Source of the DNA: Candidatus Latescibacterota bacterium
GTDB lineage: Bacteria; Latescibacterota; CBDEFO01
Direction: 5' to 3'
DNA: 64,000 nucleotides
Assembly: GCA_965237525.1 (NCBI GenBank)
Contig: CBDEFO010000008.1
Coordinates: 1,280,001 to 1,344,000 of the forward strand
Shown here: positions 49,847 through 58,937 of the stretch, piece after piece
Layout: each line of letters starts with the position of its first letter
How positions within the stretch are numbered: the stretch's first letter is position 1
Position numbers and translations under genes: made by a program
The notes under the pieces: model-generated
Database searches by the model: none
The model's input: only the letters and a program-made list of their open reading frames with translations
What the model was told of the DNA's origin: nothing

Positions 49847-51556
49847 TCAAAAATAGTTATATCTGATCGAGAGAATAATCTCGTTGTCCACAGGATCAGT
49901 CCGGGCATTTTCCACCTTTACGTTATCGGAAAATGTTCTTCTGTAGCTGGAAAAAAGGTAAAGATCCCTTATGACCTCATACGACCCTTCAAATCCCAGT
50001 CTCGTTCTCTTTTCCACCACACCGTCAAGGAACCTCTTTGTAGCGACATTATCCGACCTCTTGATCCCGACTTCAACGTCACCTCCCACATTCCTTATCA
50101 CCTTTCCATCATCAGAAATTACGTTTTCCCCTTGTCTTTCTCTTTGGAGAGAAACCGCTAAAGAGACATCCTTACTGAATCTATGTTCAGCCCTGAAAAA
50201 GACGTCATCTCCATTAGGTCCCAGCTGATGCCCCAAGATCGAACCAAAATGCATAAACATATTTATAGGGAACTTATGGGTGTACACCCACGGTTCCAGT
50301 CTGGCGTACTCAAACCTTAAATCTGTATCCCGAAGCCCGAAAGGATCGTTCCAGAAGAGACCGCCCTGAAGGGCAAATTTATTGGAGATTGCGCCCTTTC
50401 CGAGCTTAAACTTCTTAAGATCATCTATAAACAGAGCCCCGTAGAGCTTGACACCTCTTATTAAATTTACGTCCACATCCAATCCCATAGTCGTATTGTC
50501 CCTATCTCCAAGGTAGGTCTCGGCCGCCCAGTAGAGCATAAAGGGGTTAAGGTACGTCGGTTCCAGCCCCCTGTCACCATATATCACCACCTCGTGAAAG
50601 CCGACATCCACACCGGGATATACGGCAATTTCTATTCTGTGAGCAGCCAGGTACTTCCTCTTGTCTATATCTCTGCTAAATCCTCCGACCACGTACGACC
50701 TTGTGCTATCAGGATCGTTCGACCTCAAAAATCCTGCGATGCTTACGAGCTTGAATCTGCCGTACTGCGCCCTTAACCTTACCATATCAAACGAAGGAAC
50801 GTTGTCAGACAGGGCTAAATTCTCCCTGAACCCCGGCCCCCAAATTGCAGAGTCCTTCCCGATCTCCACATCGAACCAGGGAAAAGAAAATACAAAATAT
50901 GCATCTGCCTCCCTAAAATCCGTAAAATCGTCCCTTAAAGTTACAAATTCAAGTCGCCTTTCAAAGACATCATCTCTGGTAAAATATCTCCTTGTCCCCT
51001 GCTCTCTCGTATCTCTTATTCTTGTCCTGAACCCTAAGGTTCCCCCTAAATTCCCTCTTATCTCAAAACCCAAAGTCGTCTGATAGATTTTCTCCGTCTT
51101 TCGATTCGAGTCCCCAGAATTGAAGATTCCCCTCTGTCTGAACAGTAGATCAAAGTAGAGATTGCTCCTATCCTGCTCCCAGAAAAAGAGATTCTCTCCA
51201 TTTACAAACCTGGAAAGGAAGTTCTTTCCCGAAATATAGACTGACTCCACTCCCAGGGCCTGTAGCTCCTCCCTGAACTCACGCTTTAACTCGCCCAACT
51301 CCCCCCTTTCAACCCGACTCAATTCTCCACCCTCATTGCCCCATCTTACGATCCTGGCCAGGGCCCCTGCCATCTCCATCCTTGAAAAGGGCTTTATCCC
51401 GTTTCCTATATTTTTCAAGACTCCCTTTGCCTCAAACCGATCTATAAAGTCGTAAGACCAGTGATCCAGAGGAACATTGGAAGAGGCATCTTTTGAATAT
51501 CCCCACAGAGGTCCTGAGCAGAACAGGAAAGCGCAGAAGATAGTCCAGCCTATCAT
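49847..51556 (-). CDS. Capsule assembly Wzi-like outer-membrane beta-barrel
   Basis: VPLDHWSYDFIDRF, WGPG...LALSDN, KYLAAHRIE, LGHQLGPN and terminal YF. Confidence 0.75.
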   Translation of the reverse strand: MIGWTIFCAFLFCSGPLWGYSKDASSNVPLDHWSYDFIDRFEAKGVLKNIGNGIKPFSRMEMAGALARIVRWGNEGGELSRVERGELGELKREFREELQALGVESVYISGKNFLSRFVNGENLFFWEQDRSNLYFDLLFRQRGIFNSGDSNRKTEKIYQTTLGFEIRGNLGGTLGFRTRIRDTREQGTRRYFTRDDVFERRLEFVTLRDDFTDFREADAYFVFSFPWFDVEIGKDSAIWGPGFRENLALSDNVPSFDMVRLRAQYGRFKLVSIAGFLRSNDPDSTRSYVVGGFSRDIDKRKYLAAHRIEIAVYPGVDVGFHEVVIYGDRGLEPTYLNPFMLYWAAETYLGDRDNTTMGLDVDVNLIRGVKLYGALFIDDLKKFKLGKGAISNKFALQGGLFWNDPFGLRDTDLRFEYARLEPWVYTHKFPINMFMHFGSILGHQLGPNGDDVFFRAEHRFSKDVSLAVSLQRERQGENVISDDGKVIRNVGGDVEVGIKRSDNVATKRFLDGVVEKRTRLGFEGSYEVIRDLYLFSSYRRTFSDNVKVENARTDPVDNEIILSIRYNYF

Positions 51557-52557
51557 AAGGGAATAGGTACTCCCTTTCCTTTCATAGATCTCTGTGCCGC
51601 ATTGAGGATCCTTAGCACCCGCAATCCGTCTATCCCGTCGCTTCTTGGGGTCCTCCTCTCTTTAACGCAATCTATGAAATGCCTGCACTCCTCCCCCAAG
51701 GGCTCGGAGACCTTCACACTCGGAATAACAATATCCCCTACCCTTATCCTCAAGGCCTCTCCGTAGCTTTCGTACTCAAGATTCTGATCTACTCCCCTGT
51801 CGTAAATCCTGATCGTCTCCGAGGCGTTAATGTCGTCAAACACAGCCATCTTCTTGCTCCCCACAATCGTCAACTTCCTTATTCTGTGAGGATCGAGCCA
51901 GCTTACATGAATGTGAGCCATAACCCTATCTTTAAAGTGCATGGTCACAAAAACTACGTCTTCCACGCCATCTTGCAGGTACCCCTGCCCCACAGCACTC
52001 ACCAAAATAGGTTCTTCCTCCAAAAGAAAGGTGACCATAGAGATATCGTGAGGGGCAAAGCTCCACAGAGCGTTTTCCTCCCTTCTGACTCTGCCCAAAT
52101 TCACACGCGCCGAATATATATAGTGCACATCTCCTAATTCATTATTCTGGACATATTCCTTCAACCTCAAAAGGGACGGGTGATACTCCATAAGATGCCC
52201 CACCAGCAACACCTTACCCTTCTGCTTTGCGATCCCCACCAGCTCCTCACCTTCCCTTACGTCCAGAACAAACGGCTTTTCTACAAATACATCCTTGCCG
52301 GCATACAGTGCTCCCCTGGCAAACTCATAGTGCGTGGGAGACGGAGTCGCTATCACAACAGCGTCCACGCTCTCATCACCGATCACCGACTGGGGATCCT
52401 GAGTGGTTCTTACGCCAGGATAGTTCTCCATTACGCTCTCTAGCACAGAAAGGTTCAAGTCACAGCAACACACCACGTTGCAATCGGCGACCCCCCAAAA
52501 GTTCCTCAACAGATTCTTACCCCAATAGCCCACACCTATTTGCCCTATTCGTATCAT
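51553..52557 (-). CDS. Gfo/Idh/MocA oxidoreductase (nucleotide-sugar dehydrogenase, WlbA-like)
   Basis: GVGYWGKNLLRNF, VEKP, NALWSFAPHD and HVSWLDP. Confidence 0.85.
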   Translation of the reverse strand: MIRIGQIGVGYWGKNLLRNFWGVADCNVVCCCDLNLSVLESVMENYPGVRTTQDPQSVIGDESVDAVVIATPSPTHYEFARGALYAGKDVFVEKPFVLDVREGEELVGIAKQKGKVLLVGHLMEYHPSLLRLKEYVQNNELGDVHYIYSARVNLGRVRREENALWSFAPHDISMVTFLLEEEPILVSAVGQGYLQDGVEDVVFVTMHFKDRVMAHIHVSWLDPHRIRKLTIVGSKKMAVFDDINASETIRIYDRGVDQNLEYESYGEALRIRVGDIVIPSVKVSEPLGEECRHFIDCVKERRTPRSDGIDGLRVLRILNAAQRSMKGKGVPIPL

Positions 52558-52558
52558 C

Positions 52559-53572
52559 CTACCCTTCTAAGCGCTCCTTATAGTGATCCCCATAATAGAT
52601 TCTGTAGTTCTCTTTTTCCTTAATCCTCCTCCACCAGTTCTGATTCTCCACGTACCACTCAACAGTTATCCTCAAGGCCTCATCGAAGGTGTATTCAGGG
52701 TTCCATCCGAGTTTAAGCATTCCAGATGAATCCAGGCAATACCTCCTGTCGTGTCCTGGACGATCCTCCACAAACTTTATCAGATCTTTCGGCTTTTCCA
52801 GAATATCCAGGATCTTCTGGGCCAGCTCCACAGTATTTACCTGATTCCCTCCCCCTATGTTATACGCCCCTCCAACTTTGCCCGTCTGCATCACCAGATC
52901 TATAGCCTCGCAGTGATCTTTTACATAGACGTAATCCCTTAACGCTTTCCCATCCCCGTAAATCGGCAGAGGCTTATCGTCTATGGCGTTCGTGATAAAA
53001 AGCGGTGTGGCTTTCTCAGGATACTGATAGGGACCTATATTATTGCTCCCTCTGGTGATCACGGCGGGGACTCCATAAGTCTCAAAATAAGCCCTGACCA
53101 GAAGCTCACCTCCCGCTTTAGTAGCAGCGTAAGGGCTTCTGGGGGCCAGACCGTCATCTTCAACCGATGCCCCCTCTTCCACAGACCCGTACACCTCATC
53201 TGTGGAGACCTGCAGGTATCTCTTTACATCATATTTCCTCACAGCCTCCAAAAGAGCATAAGGCCCGTACACATCCGTCAGAACAAAGTCCCCCGGACTT
53301 GCAATACTGCGATCCACGTGACTTTCCGCCGCAAAATTTACCACCATGTCGCACCTTTCCACCAGACTGTCTACGACTTTGTGATCGCAAATATCCCCAA
53401 GATGGAACTCATAGCGCGGATCGTCCTCAATATCCTCCAGGTTCTCAAGGTTCCCCGCATACGTCAGCTTGTCCAGATTCAACACCCTGTAATCTTCATA
53501 TTTCCCCAGAACATGCCTTATGAAATTGCTGCCAATAAAACCTGCGCCGCCAGTTACGAGAACAGCTTTCAA
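52559..53572 (-). CDS. rfbB: dTDP-glucose 4,6-dehydratase
   Basis: TGGAGFIGSNF, DKLTYAGN, FAAESHVDRSI, STDEVYG, YAATK and DRPGHDRRY. Confidence 0.95.
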   Translation of the reverse strand: MKAVLVTGGAGFIGSNFIRHVLGKYEDYRVLNLDKLTYAGNLENLEDIEDDPRYEFHLGDICDHKVVDSLVERCDMVVNFAAESHVDRSIASPGDFVLTDVYGPYALLEAVRKYDVKRYLQVSTDEVYGSVEEGASVEDDGLAPRSPYAATKAGGELLVRAYFETYGVPAVITRGSNNIGPYQYPEKATPLFITNAIDDKPLPIYGDGKALRDYVYVKDHCEAIDLVMQTGKVGGAYNIGGGNQVNTVELAQKILDILEKPKDLIKFVEDRPGHDRRYCLDSSGMLKLGWNPEYTFDEALRITVEWYVENQNWWRRIKEKENYRIYYGDHYKERLEG

Positions 53573-53645
53573 CTCATCCTCCCAGGATTAGTAGACAGGG
53601 TACTGCCTCCCATCCCACCAGATTGCTGTCTACGCCCGATTGATT

Positions 53646-54980
53646 CTATCGGGGGCTACTGTCTACTTTATTATATCCTCTTCCGACGCCCACATAGTTA
53701 AATCCTAATTTTCTGATCTCATCCGGATCGTAGACGTTCCTGCAATCTAAGAAATTCGGTGCCCTGAGGGTCTCTTTTAACCTCGCAAAGTCAATATCCC
53801 TAAATTCGTTCCACTCGGTCATCAGGACAATCGCATCACACTCCACCGCAGCTTCATAAGGGTCCTTGCAGTACTCCACCTGGGGAAATATCCTCTTAGT
53901 GTTCTCCATAGCCTCAGGATCAAACGCCCTTACACTTGTTCCTCCCTTTAAAAGAGCTTCGACCAAAACAAGAGCCGGAGCCTCTCTTATGTCGTCGGTG
54001 TTCGGCTTGAAAGAAAGTCCGAGCACACCTACTCTCTTTCCTTCGAAACTCCCGCATAGAAGCTTCTTCAATTTTCCCACCATCAACCTACTTTGGCCTT
54101 GATTGGATTCGACAATTCCATCAATCAATGGCGTTTCAACCCCCACCTTAGCGGCTATGCTCGCCAATCCTCTCACGTCCTTCGGGAGGCAATTTCCCCC
54201 GAAACCTGGGCCTGCATGCAGAAACTTTGGACCTATTCTGCCGTCCAGCCCCATAGCTTTTGCCACCATTTTTACATCTGCACCGTAGCCCTCACAAATA
54301 TTTGCAATCTCATTGATAAACGAAATCTTCGCTGCTAGAAAGGCGTTAGAGGCGTACTTTATCATCTCTGCCGTCTCGACGTCCGTCCTTACTATCGGCG
54401 TCTCGTTTAGATACAGTGGACGATATACCTCGGCCATAATATGCATTGCCTTCTCCGTCCTTGCCCCTATCACCACCCTATTGGGACGCATGAAATCCTC
54501 AATTGCCGAACCCTCCCGTAGAAACTCGGGGTTAGACACTACATCGAACTTAACCTCATTCCCTCTCTTTTCCCTTATCAATTTCTCGACTTTCGCTCCG
54601 GTCCCGACAGACACCGTGCTCTTGTTCACGATAATCTTATAATCTTCCATATACTCAGCTATCTTCCCTGCCACATCCAGCACATCTGAGATGTCCACAT
54701 CTCCCCCCTCCAAAGCAGGCGTCCACACAGCTATAAATATTATCTGCGAAGTCTTTATCCCGAGCGGTATATCTGTGGAGAACGTAAGCCTCCCCCTTGT
54801 GGTGCTCCTCTCTATCAATTCCTTCAGACCCGGCTCATATATCGGTATTCTTCCCCTTTTCAACCCCTCGATCTTGTCCTGATTCGTGTCCATACATACT
54901 ACAGAGTTCCCGAAATCTACCAGGCATGCCCCCGTAACCAAACCCACGTAACCGGTCCCTATAACGCCTATCCTTCTCAT
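53646..54980 (-). CDS. ugd: UDP-glucose 6-dehydrogenase
   Basis: GTGYVGL, PIYEPGL, SNPEFLREG, KYASNAFLA.KISFINE, GFGG.CLPKD and FKPNTDD.RE. Confidence 0.93.
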   Translation of the reverse strand: MRRIGVIGTGYVGLVTGACLVDFGNSVVCMDTNQDKIEGLKRGRIPIYEPGLKELIERSTTRGRLTFSTDIPLGIKTSQIIFIAVWTPALEGGDVDISDVLDVAGKIAEYMEDYKIIVNKSTVSVGTGAKVEKLIREKRGNEVKFDVVSNPEFLREGSAIEDFMRPNRVVIGARTEKAMHIMAEVYRPLYLNETPIVRTDVETAEMIKYASNAFLAAKISFINEIANICEGYGADVKMVAKAMGLDGRIGPKFLHAGPGFGGNCLPKDVRGLASIAAKVGVETPLIDGIVESNQGQSRLMVGKLKKLLCGSFEGKRVGVLGLSFKPNTDDIREAPALVLVEALLKGGTSVRAFDPEAMENTKRIFPQVEYCKDPYEAAVECDAIVLMTEWNEFRDIDFARLKETLRAPNFLDCRNVYDPDEIRKLGFNYVGVGRGYNKVDSSPR

Positions 54981-54997
54981 TTACGTCCCCTTTTGCC

Positions 54998-55627
54998 CTA
55001 TCTGAACGCCACAAGCACAATACTTGAGATAACCCCCAAAGCTACCAACGCCTCCACGAACTTCCCTTCTTTCTCGATCATATGTCGCTCTATAGACTCC
55101 TCGTCCCCAAGAAGCTTATTGTATTTATTCGGAATTAGATCTTTATCTCGGCCCTTCACCCATTTTGTCCACACCACCGCTCCGTCACTATTATCCGAAA
55201 GCCTCAAGAGCACATCAGCCTGTACATCCCTCTCCACAGACTTTTTGAACAGCTTTAAAAAACTCCTGGGACGATAGCTCAACTTTATATCCGCGATCCG
55301 AAAATAAAGAGAATAATCTCCGTTCCCTACCGAGAGAGAATCAGTAATATTCGCCGTAACATTATATCCTCTATCCAGGAGCACTTCAGTCAAAACGTCC
55401 ATCAAAATCCAATCTCTTTCGTCCTCCTTCATCGAATGTAGACTCACACTCACTCCCGTTGAAAGCGGACTCCCTTCAAGTCCTCTGACAGAAGACCCCC
55501 ATAGAGTTTCCTTGACCATCTCAAGATCTGTCCTGTAGTCGCTTATCCCCTTTTCCTCCCCCGCATGTGAGATGGTGCAGAAAAACAACGTCTCCAACAC
55601 TAATATGCCGATAAATAACCTGCACAT
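54998..55627 (-). CDS. Hypothetical exported/membrane protein at the head of the polysaccharide operon
   Basis: Signal peptide, C-terminal TM helix, AGAGGA upstream, closely spaced to ugd. Confidence 0.7.
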   Translation of the reverse strand: MCRLFIGILVLETLFFCTISHAGEEKGISDYRTDLEMVKETLWGSSVRGLEGSPLSTGVSVSLHSMKEDERDWILMDVLTEVLLDRGYNVTANITDSLSVGNGDYSLYFRIADIKLSYRPRSFLKLFKKSVERDVQADVLLRLSDNSDGAVVWTKWVKGRDKDLIPNKYNKLLGDEESIERHMIEKEGKFVEALVALGVISSIVLVAFR

Positions 55628-56075
55628 ACGATCCTCTATTTCCTTCTACTTGAGTAATAATCTCCAAGGCTGAAAAGGTACGACAAAAAACCTCATCTGT
55701 CAAGGGAAAAACACCCTGATGCCGTTCTGGGCCTATCGAGAGCGTTCCATAGCGTTTCGCGCCAGTATTAACCGAATAGGAGACTGTCAGTGGATTCATC
55801 TTCATTTTCTGGCTCTCCTTGATAATCTTGCACTCCCGTAACAGACAGAAGGCGTCTTGAGAAGTCCATACCGGGAAATTTAAGAAGCCTCAATCAGAGA
55901 GTCTCAATAGAACCTGCAGCCGCAGCCTCCTTGCTATGCTTGAGCTTGAGTGCACATTCGAAGTTGTCAAGTTGTGCATTTACATATCTTTTGCCTTTTG
56001 GCAGATATTCTGTCAAGAAAAACCCCTAAGTCCCTGTAAATACTGGTCTGATTATTCAACGCTCTTTAGCCTACC

Positions 56076-56596
56076 GGTTATTAATCAAATGAAATGAGAA
56101 CACTTCTCTTTCGATCTTTGATTAACTTTGCATGCTAGCTCTTTGATAACCTCTGGTTTTTGCTCCTTTTCAAAGTGGATGCATAATTGTTCTTCTTTTA
56201 AGTTCGATTCAGCCAGGACAAAGTAATTGATGTAAGAGGGGGGAAGAAGCACTTTTTCATTTAGGACATCCCCGATAGAATCAATCGGGGATAACGGTTT
56301 TATCTGTTTGTTGTGTATCTTGCCTTACTTGTCTGATAAAATAGACCTTAGCTGTGATTCGGAAAGGCAAAACATTTTGGTCTCAGTTTTGCCAGGAACG
56401 CTTTGCCCCCCACGTGCGTAATCGTAGGGGCAGGGTAACCCTGCTTTTGGGGCGAGTCAACCTCGCCCCTACATTTAAGTTCAGGTTGTAAGGGCAAGAA
56501 GGTCGTACAATGTGTGACAAATTCTTGGGAAGAGCAACCTTTCCGAATCACAACTGAACAACTGTCTAGCGCTCTCATTTCATTTGATATTCAACC
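56076..56596 (-). mobile_element. Internally deleted relative of the 6959-8260 IS
   Basis: IRs GGTTATTAATCAAATGAAATGAGA and TCTCATTTCATTTGATATTCAACC; 56085-56349 aligns to the transposase 3' end; flanks CCTACC/ACTACC. Confidence 0.82.
56350..56555. mobile_element. ~206-bp MITE-like insert containing a GTAGGGGC...GCCCCTAC REP-like hairpin
   Basis: Inverted ends AGCTGTGATTCGGAAAGG (56350-56367) and CCTTTCCGAATCACAACT (56538-56555); GTAGGGGC at 56424 and GCCCCTAC at 56465. Confidence 0.65.
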
Positions 56597-56606
56597 ACTA
56601 CCATAT

Positions 56607-56640
56607 AAAAAGCGGCAAAGATCAACTTAACTTTGCCGCT
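56607..56640 (-). terminator. Rho-independent terminator after the giant surface-protein gene
   Basis: 10-bp stem AGCGGCAAAG / CTTTGCCGCT followed by a T-run on the minus strand. Confidence 0.7.
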
Positions 56641-56693
56641 CAATCCAACTCCTAAGAGTATTTCCCTGCTAACTAACAATCCTTACGCTCGCT

Positions 56694-57418
56694 CTACTTC
56701 AAAAGCATCATCTTCAGCGACTTGGCAAAACCCTCCGATTTTATACGGTAGAAATAGACCCCGCTTGCCATCTGTCTGCCTGTGCTGTCTTTTCCATCCC
56801 ATAGCGCCCTATAATAACCTGGCTCCAAATTCTCATCCACCAGCGTCTTTACCTCCTGACCCAGGACGTTATATATCTTAAGCGTCAATCTTCCTGTCTT
56901 GGGGACCTCGTAATTTATGGTAGTCTCAGGGTTGAAAGGATTTGGATAGTTTGGGGAAAGAGAATAGCTCATAGGTCCTCTCAGAGTCGCCGCAACAGGG
57001 CCGAATAAGGTTCCTTCCCCTACTATATCAACAGCCTCAAGCTTGTAGTAGTAGGTCCTTCCTATCTGTACATCCTCATCCACGAACATGTAGGGACTGA
57101 GCCCCACAAGCAGCTCATCGTTCAACCTATGGTAGACCCCGTCTCTTGTTATACTCCTGTAGATGTTGAACCCGGCGTTGTCCCTCTCGCTTGCCGTGAC
57201 CCAGTTTACTCTTACTCTTCCCCTGTCTTCCAAGGCCGTGAAGCTGGATAGCTCCACCACAGCAACAGCATCGACTACAAACTTATCGGAGACCACTGCC
57301 CGTTAAATATCCCATCGTTAGCCCTTGCTCTCCACCAGAAAGTCGTCGCAATGAACTCGCCGGTAGCAAGATCTATATCCTTGTCCAAAGGAGGAGTGAG
57401 ATGCCAGAACAAACTTAG
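56694..57418 (-). pseudogene. Separated C-terminal part of the giant surface protein (end of FN3-like domain, frameshift, VELSSFTA segment, FlgD-Ig/T9SS-like tail)
   Basis: 57418-57275 reads LSLFWHLTPP...FWWRARANDGIFNGQWS; after a frameshift, VELSSFTA...SERDNAGFNIYRS...NYPNPFNPET...WDGKD...SGVYFY...KMMLLK*. Confidence 0.85.
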
Positions 57419-58937
57419 AAGCCTTGTGAAAAACCCTTAGATTCAGAAAGTAGTATAGAACAAGCATTGATAAAGCAGCTCCGATGTATTATATTATGTT
57501 ATTGATAATATTATACATGGAGGAAACAATGACCCCACAAAAGCAGGAACAGACAAATCCGATGTTTCACTATTTTCAGATGGAGGATTTAGTTCCCGAG
57601 GATCATATCCTTCGTCAGATTGATGAGGCAGTTGATTTTTCATTTGTACGAGACGTTGTATCAGATTGTTATTGCCCTGACAATGGCAGACCCGGTATTG
57701 ATCCTGAATTAGTTGTTCGAATGATCCTTATTGGCTATCTGTATAATTTGAGTGAGAATCGGCTCTGTCAGGAAGTGGGGATGCATGCGGCATATCGGTT
57801 GTTTTGTCATCAGACATTTGATGATGCGGTTCCGGATAGGAGCACGATCAACAAGCTTCGCAATCACAAGTGGGCATCCAGTGGGTTGTTTGAACGGATA
57901 ATGCGTCAGGTAGTCCAGTGTTGCATAGATGTCGGTCTTGTGAGCGGTAAACACCTTAGTGTCGACGGCACTCAGATACAAGCTGATGCTTCAGTGAAAA
58001 GTATTGAGCCGATAGAACCCCCTGTTTCTCTTGATGATTATCTCAAGGGAATCGGTTTTGAAGGTGATAAGACAAAGGGTAGGTCCGGGCATCCTCAGGA
58101 TAAAGACTTTCATGGTGAAAAGTGGACGAACCAAACACACCGTTCGACTACAGACCCCGACGCGCGCTTATACAGCAAATCGAAGGGCAAAGGGGCTTTT
58201 CTCTCGTTTATGGGCCATGATCTGATCGACACAAAAAGGAGAGTAATCCTTGAGACTCAGGGCACGCAGGCGACAGGGACAGCAGAGCCCGAAAGTGCCC
58301 TTAAGATGGTAGATGACCTTGAAACATACACCATGCCCAAAGACATTCAGACACTTAGTGCCGATACCGGTTACGGTTCTGGTAATTTTATCGCTGATGT
58401 ACTTGACCGGGGAATCATACCCCATATTCCTCTGCGAGCCGATGAGAAGATTGAACCGATCCCTACATGGAAAAACAAGACAAATTTAGCACATATTCAG
58501 GCCGAACGGGATAGAAAAGTGCGAGAGGCGAAAGCCAGAAATCATGCACGGTCTATCTCATTAACAGCTGACTACAAACTCTCCCAGAGACTCCGTAAAC
58601 GCAGTGAACATATCTTTGCTGAAGCCAAGCAACAACACGGTATGGGACGAGCCCGTTATAGAGGACTAGCCTCACTGAATGAACAGTTGAATCTTGTTGC
58701 AACAGTACAGAATCTCAAGAGGCTTGTATCTTTCATAAGAAGGGGGAAAGCGTCTATGTGTGCCCTGTCTGTCAAAGACAGTGCATCCTGTTCTTCAAAC
58801 AGCTCCTATTCCTTGCTGACCAGAACTCTGATAAGACTATTTTGCTTATTCCACAGCAAAACGATACGATATGCTACTCTTTGACCCATAATCGGCGCTT
58901 CAGACGCTGCCTAGGACATAACTATTTCACAAGGCTT
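57419..58937 (+). mobile_element. IS1182-family insertion sequence, copy 3
   Basis: Same IRs; flanks TTAG (57415-57418) and TTAA (58938-58941). Confidence 0.93.
57484..58884 (+). CDS. IS1182-family transposase
   Basis: Near-identical to the other two copies. Confidence 0.92.
   Translation: MYYIMLLIILYMEETMTPQKQEQTNPMFHYFQMEDLVPEDHILRQIDEAVDFSFVRDVVSDCYCPDNGRPGIDPELVVRMILIGYLYNLSENRLCQEVGMHAAYRLFCHQTFDDAVPDRSTINKLRNHKWASSGLFERIMRQVVQCCIDVGLVSGKHLSVDGTQIQADASVKSIEPIEPPVSLDDYLKGIGFEGDKTKGRSGHPQDKDFHGEKWTNQTHRSTTDPDARLYSKSKGKGAFLSFMGHDLIDTKRRVILETQGTQATGTAEPESALKMVDDLETYTMPKDIQTLSADTGYGSGNFIADVLDRGIIPHIPLRADEKIEPIPTWKNKTNLAHIQAERDRKVREAKARNHARSISLTADYKLSQRLRKRSEHIFAEAKQQHGMGRARYRGLASLNEQLNLVATVQNLKRLVSFIRRGKASMCALSVKDSASCSSNSSYSLLTRTLIRLFCLFHSKTIRYATL

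Noticed and set aside
12400..56289. 19-bp palindrome as a transcription-factor operator or terminator
   Set aside because: It occurs nested within itself, inside a coding sequence and inside a dead transposase, is polymorphic between MITE copies, and lacks U-tails
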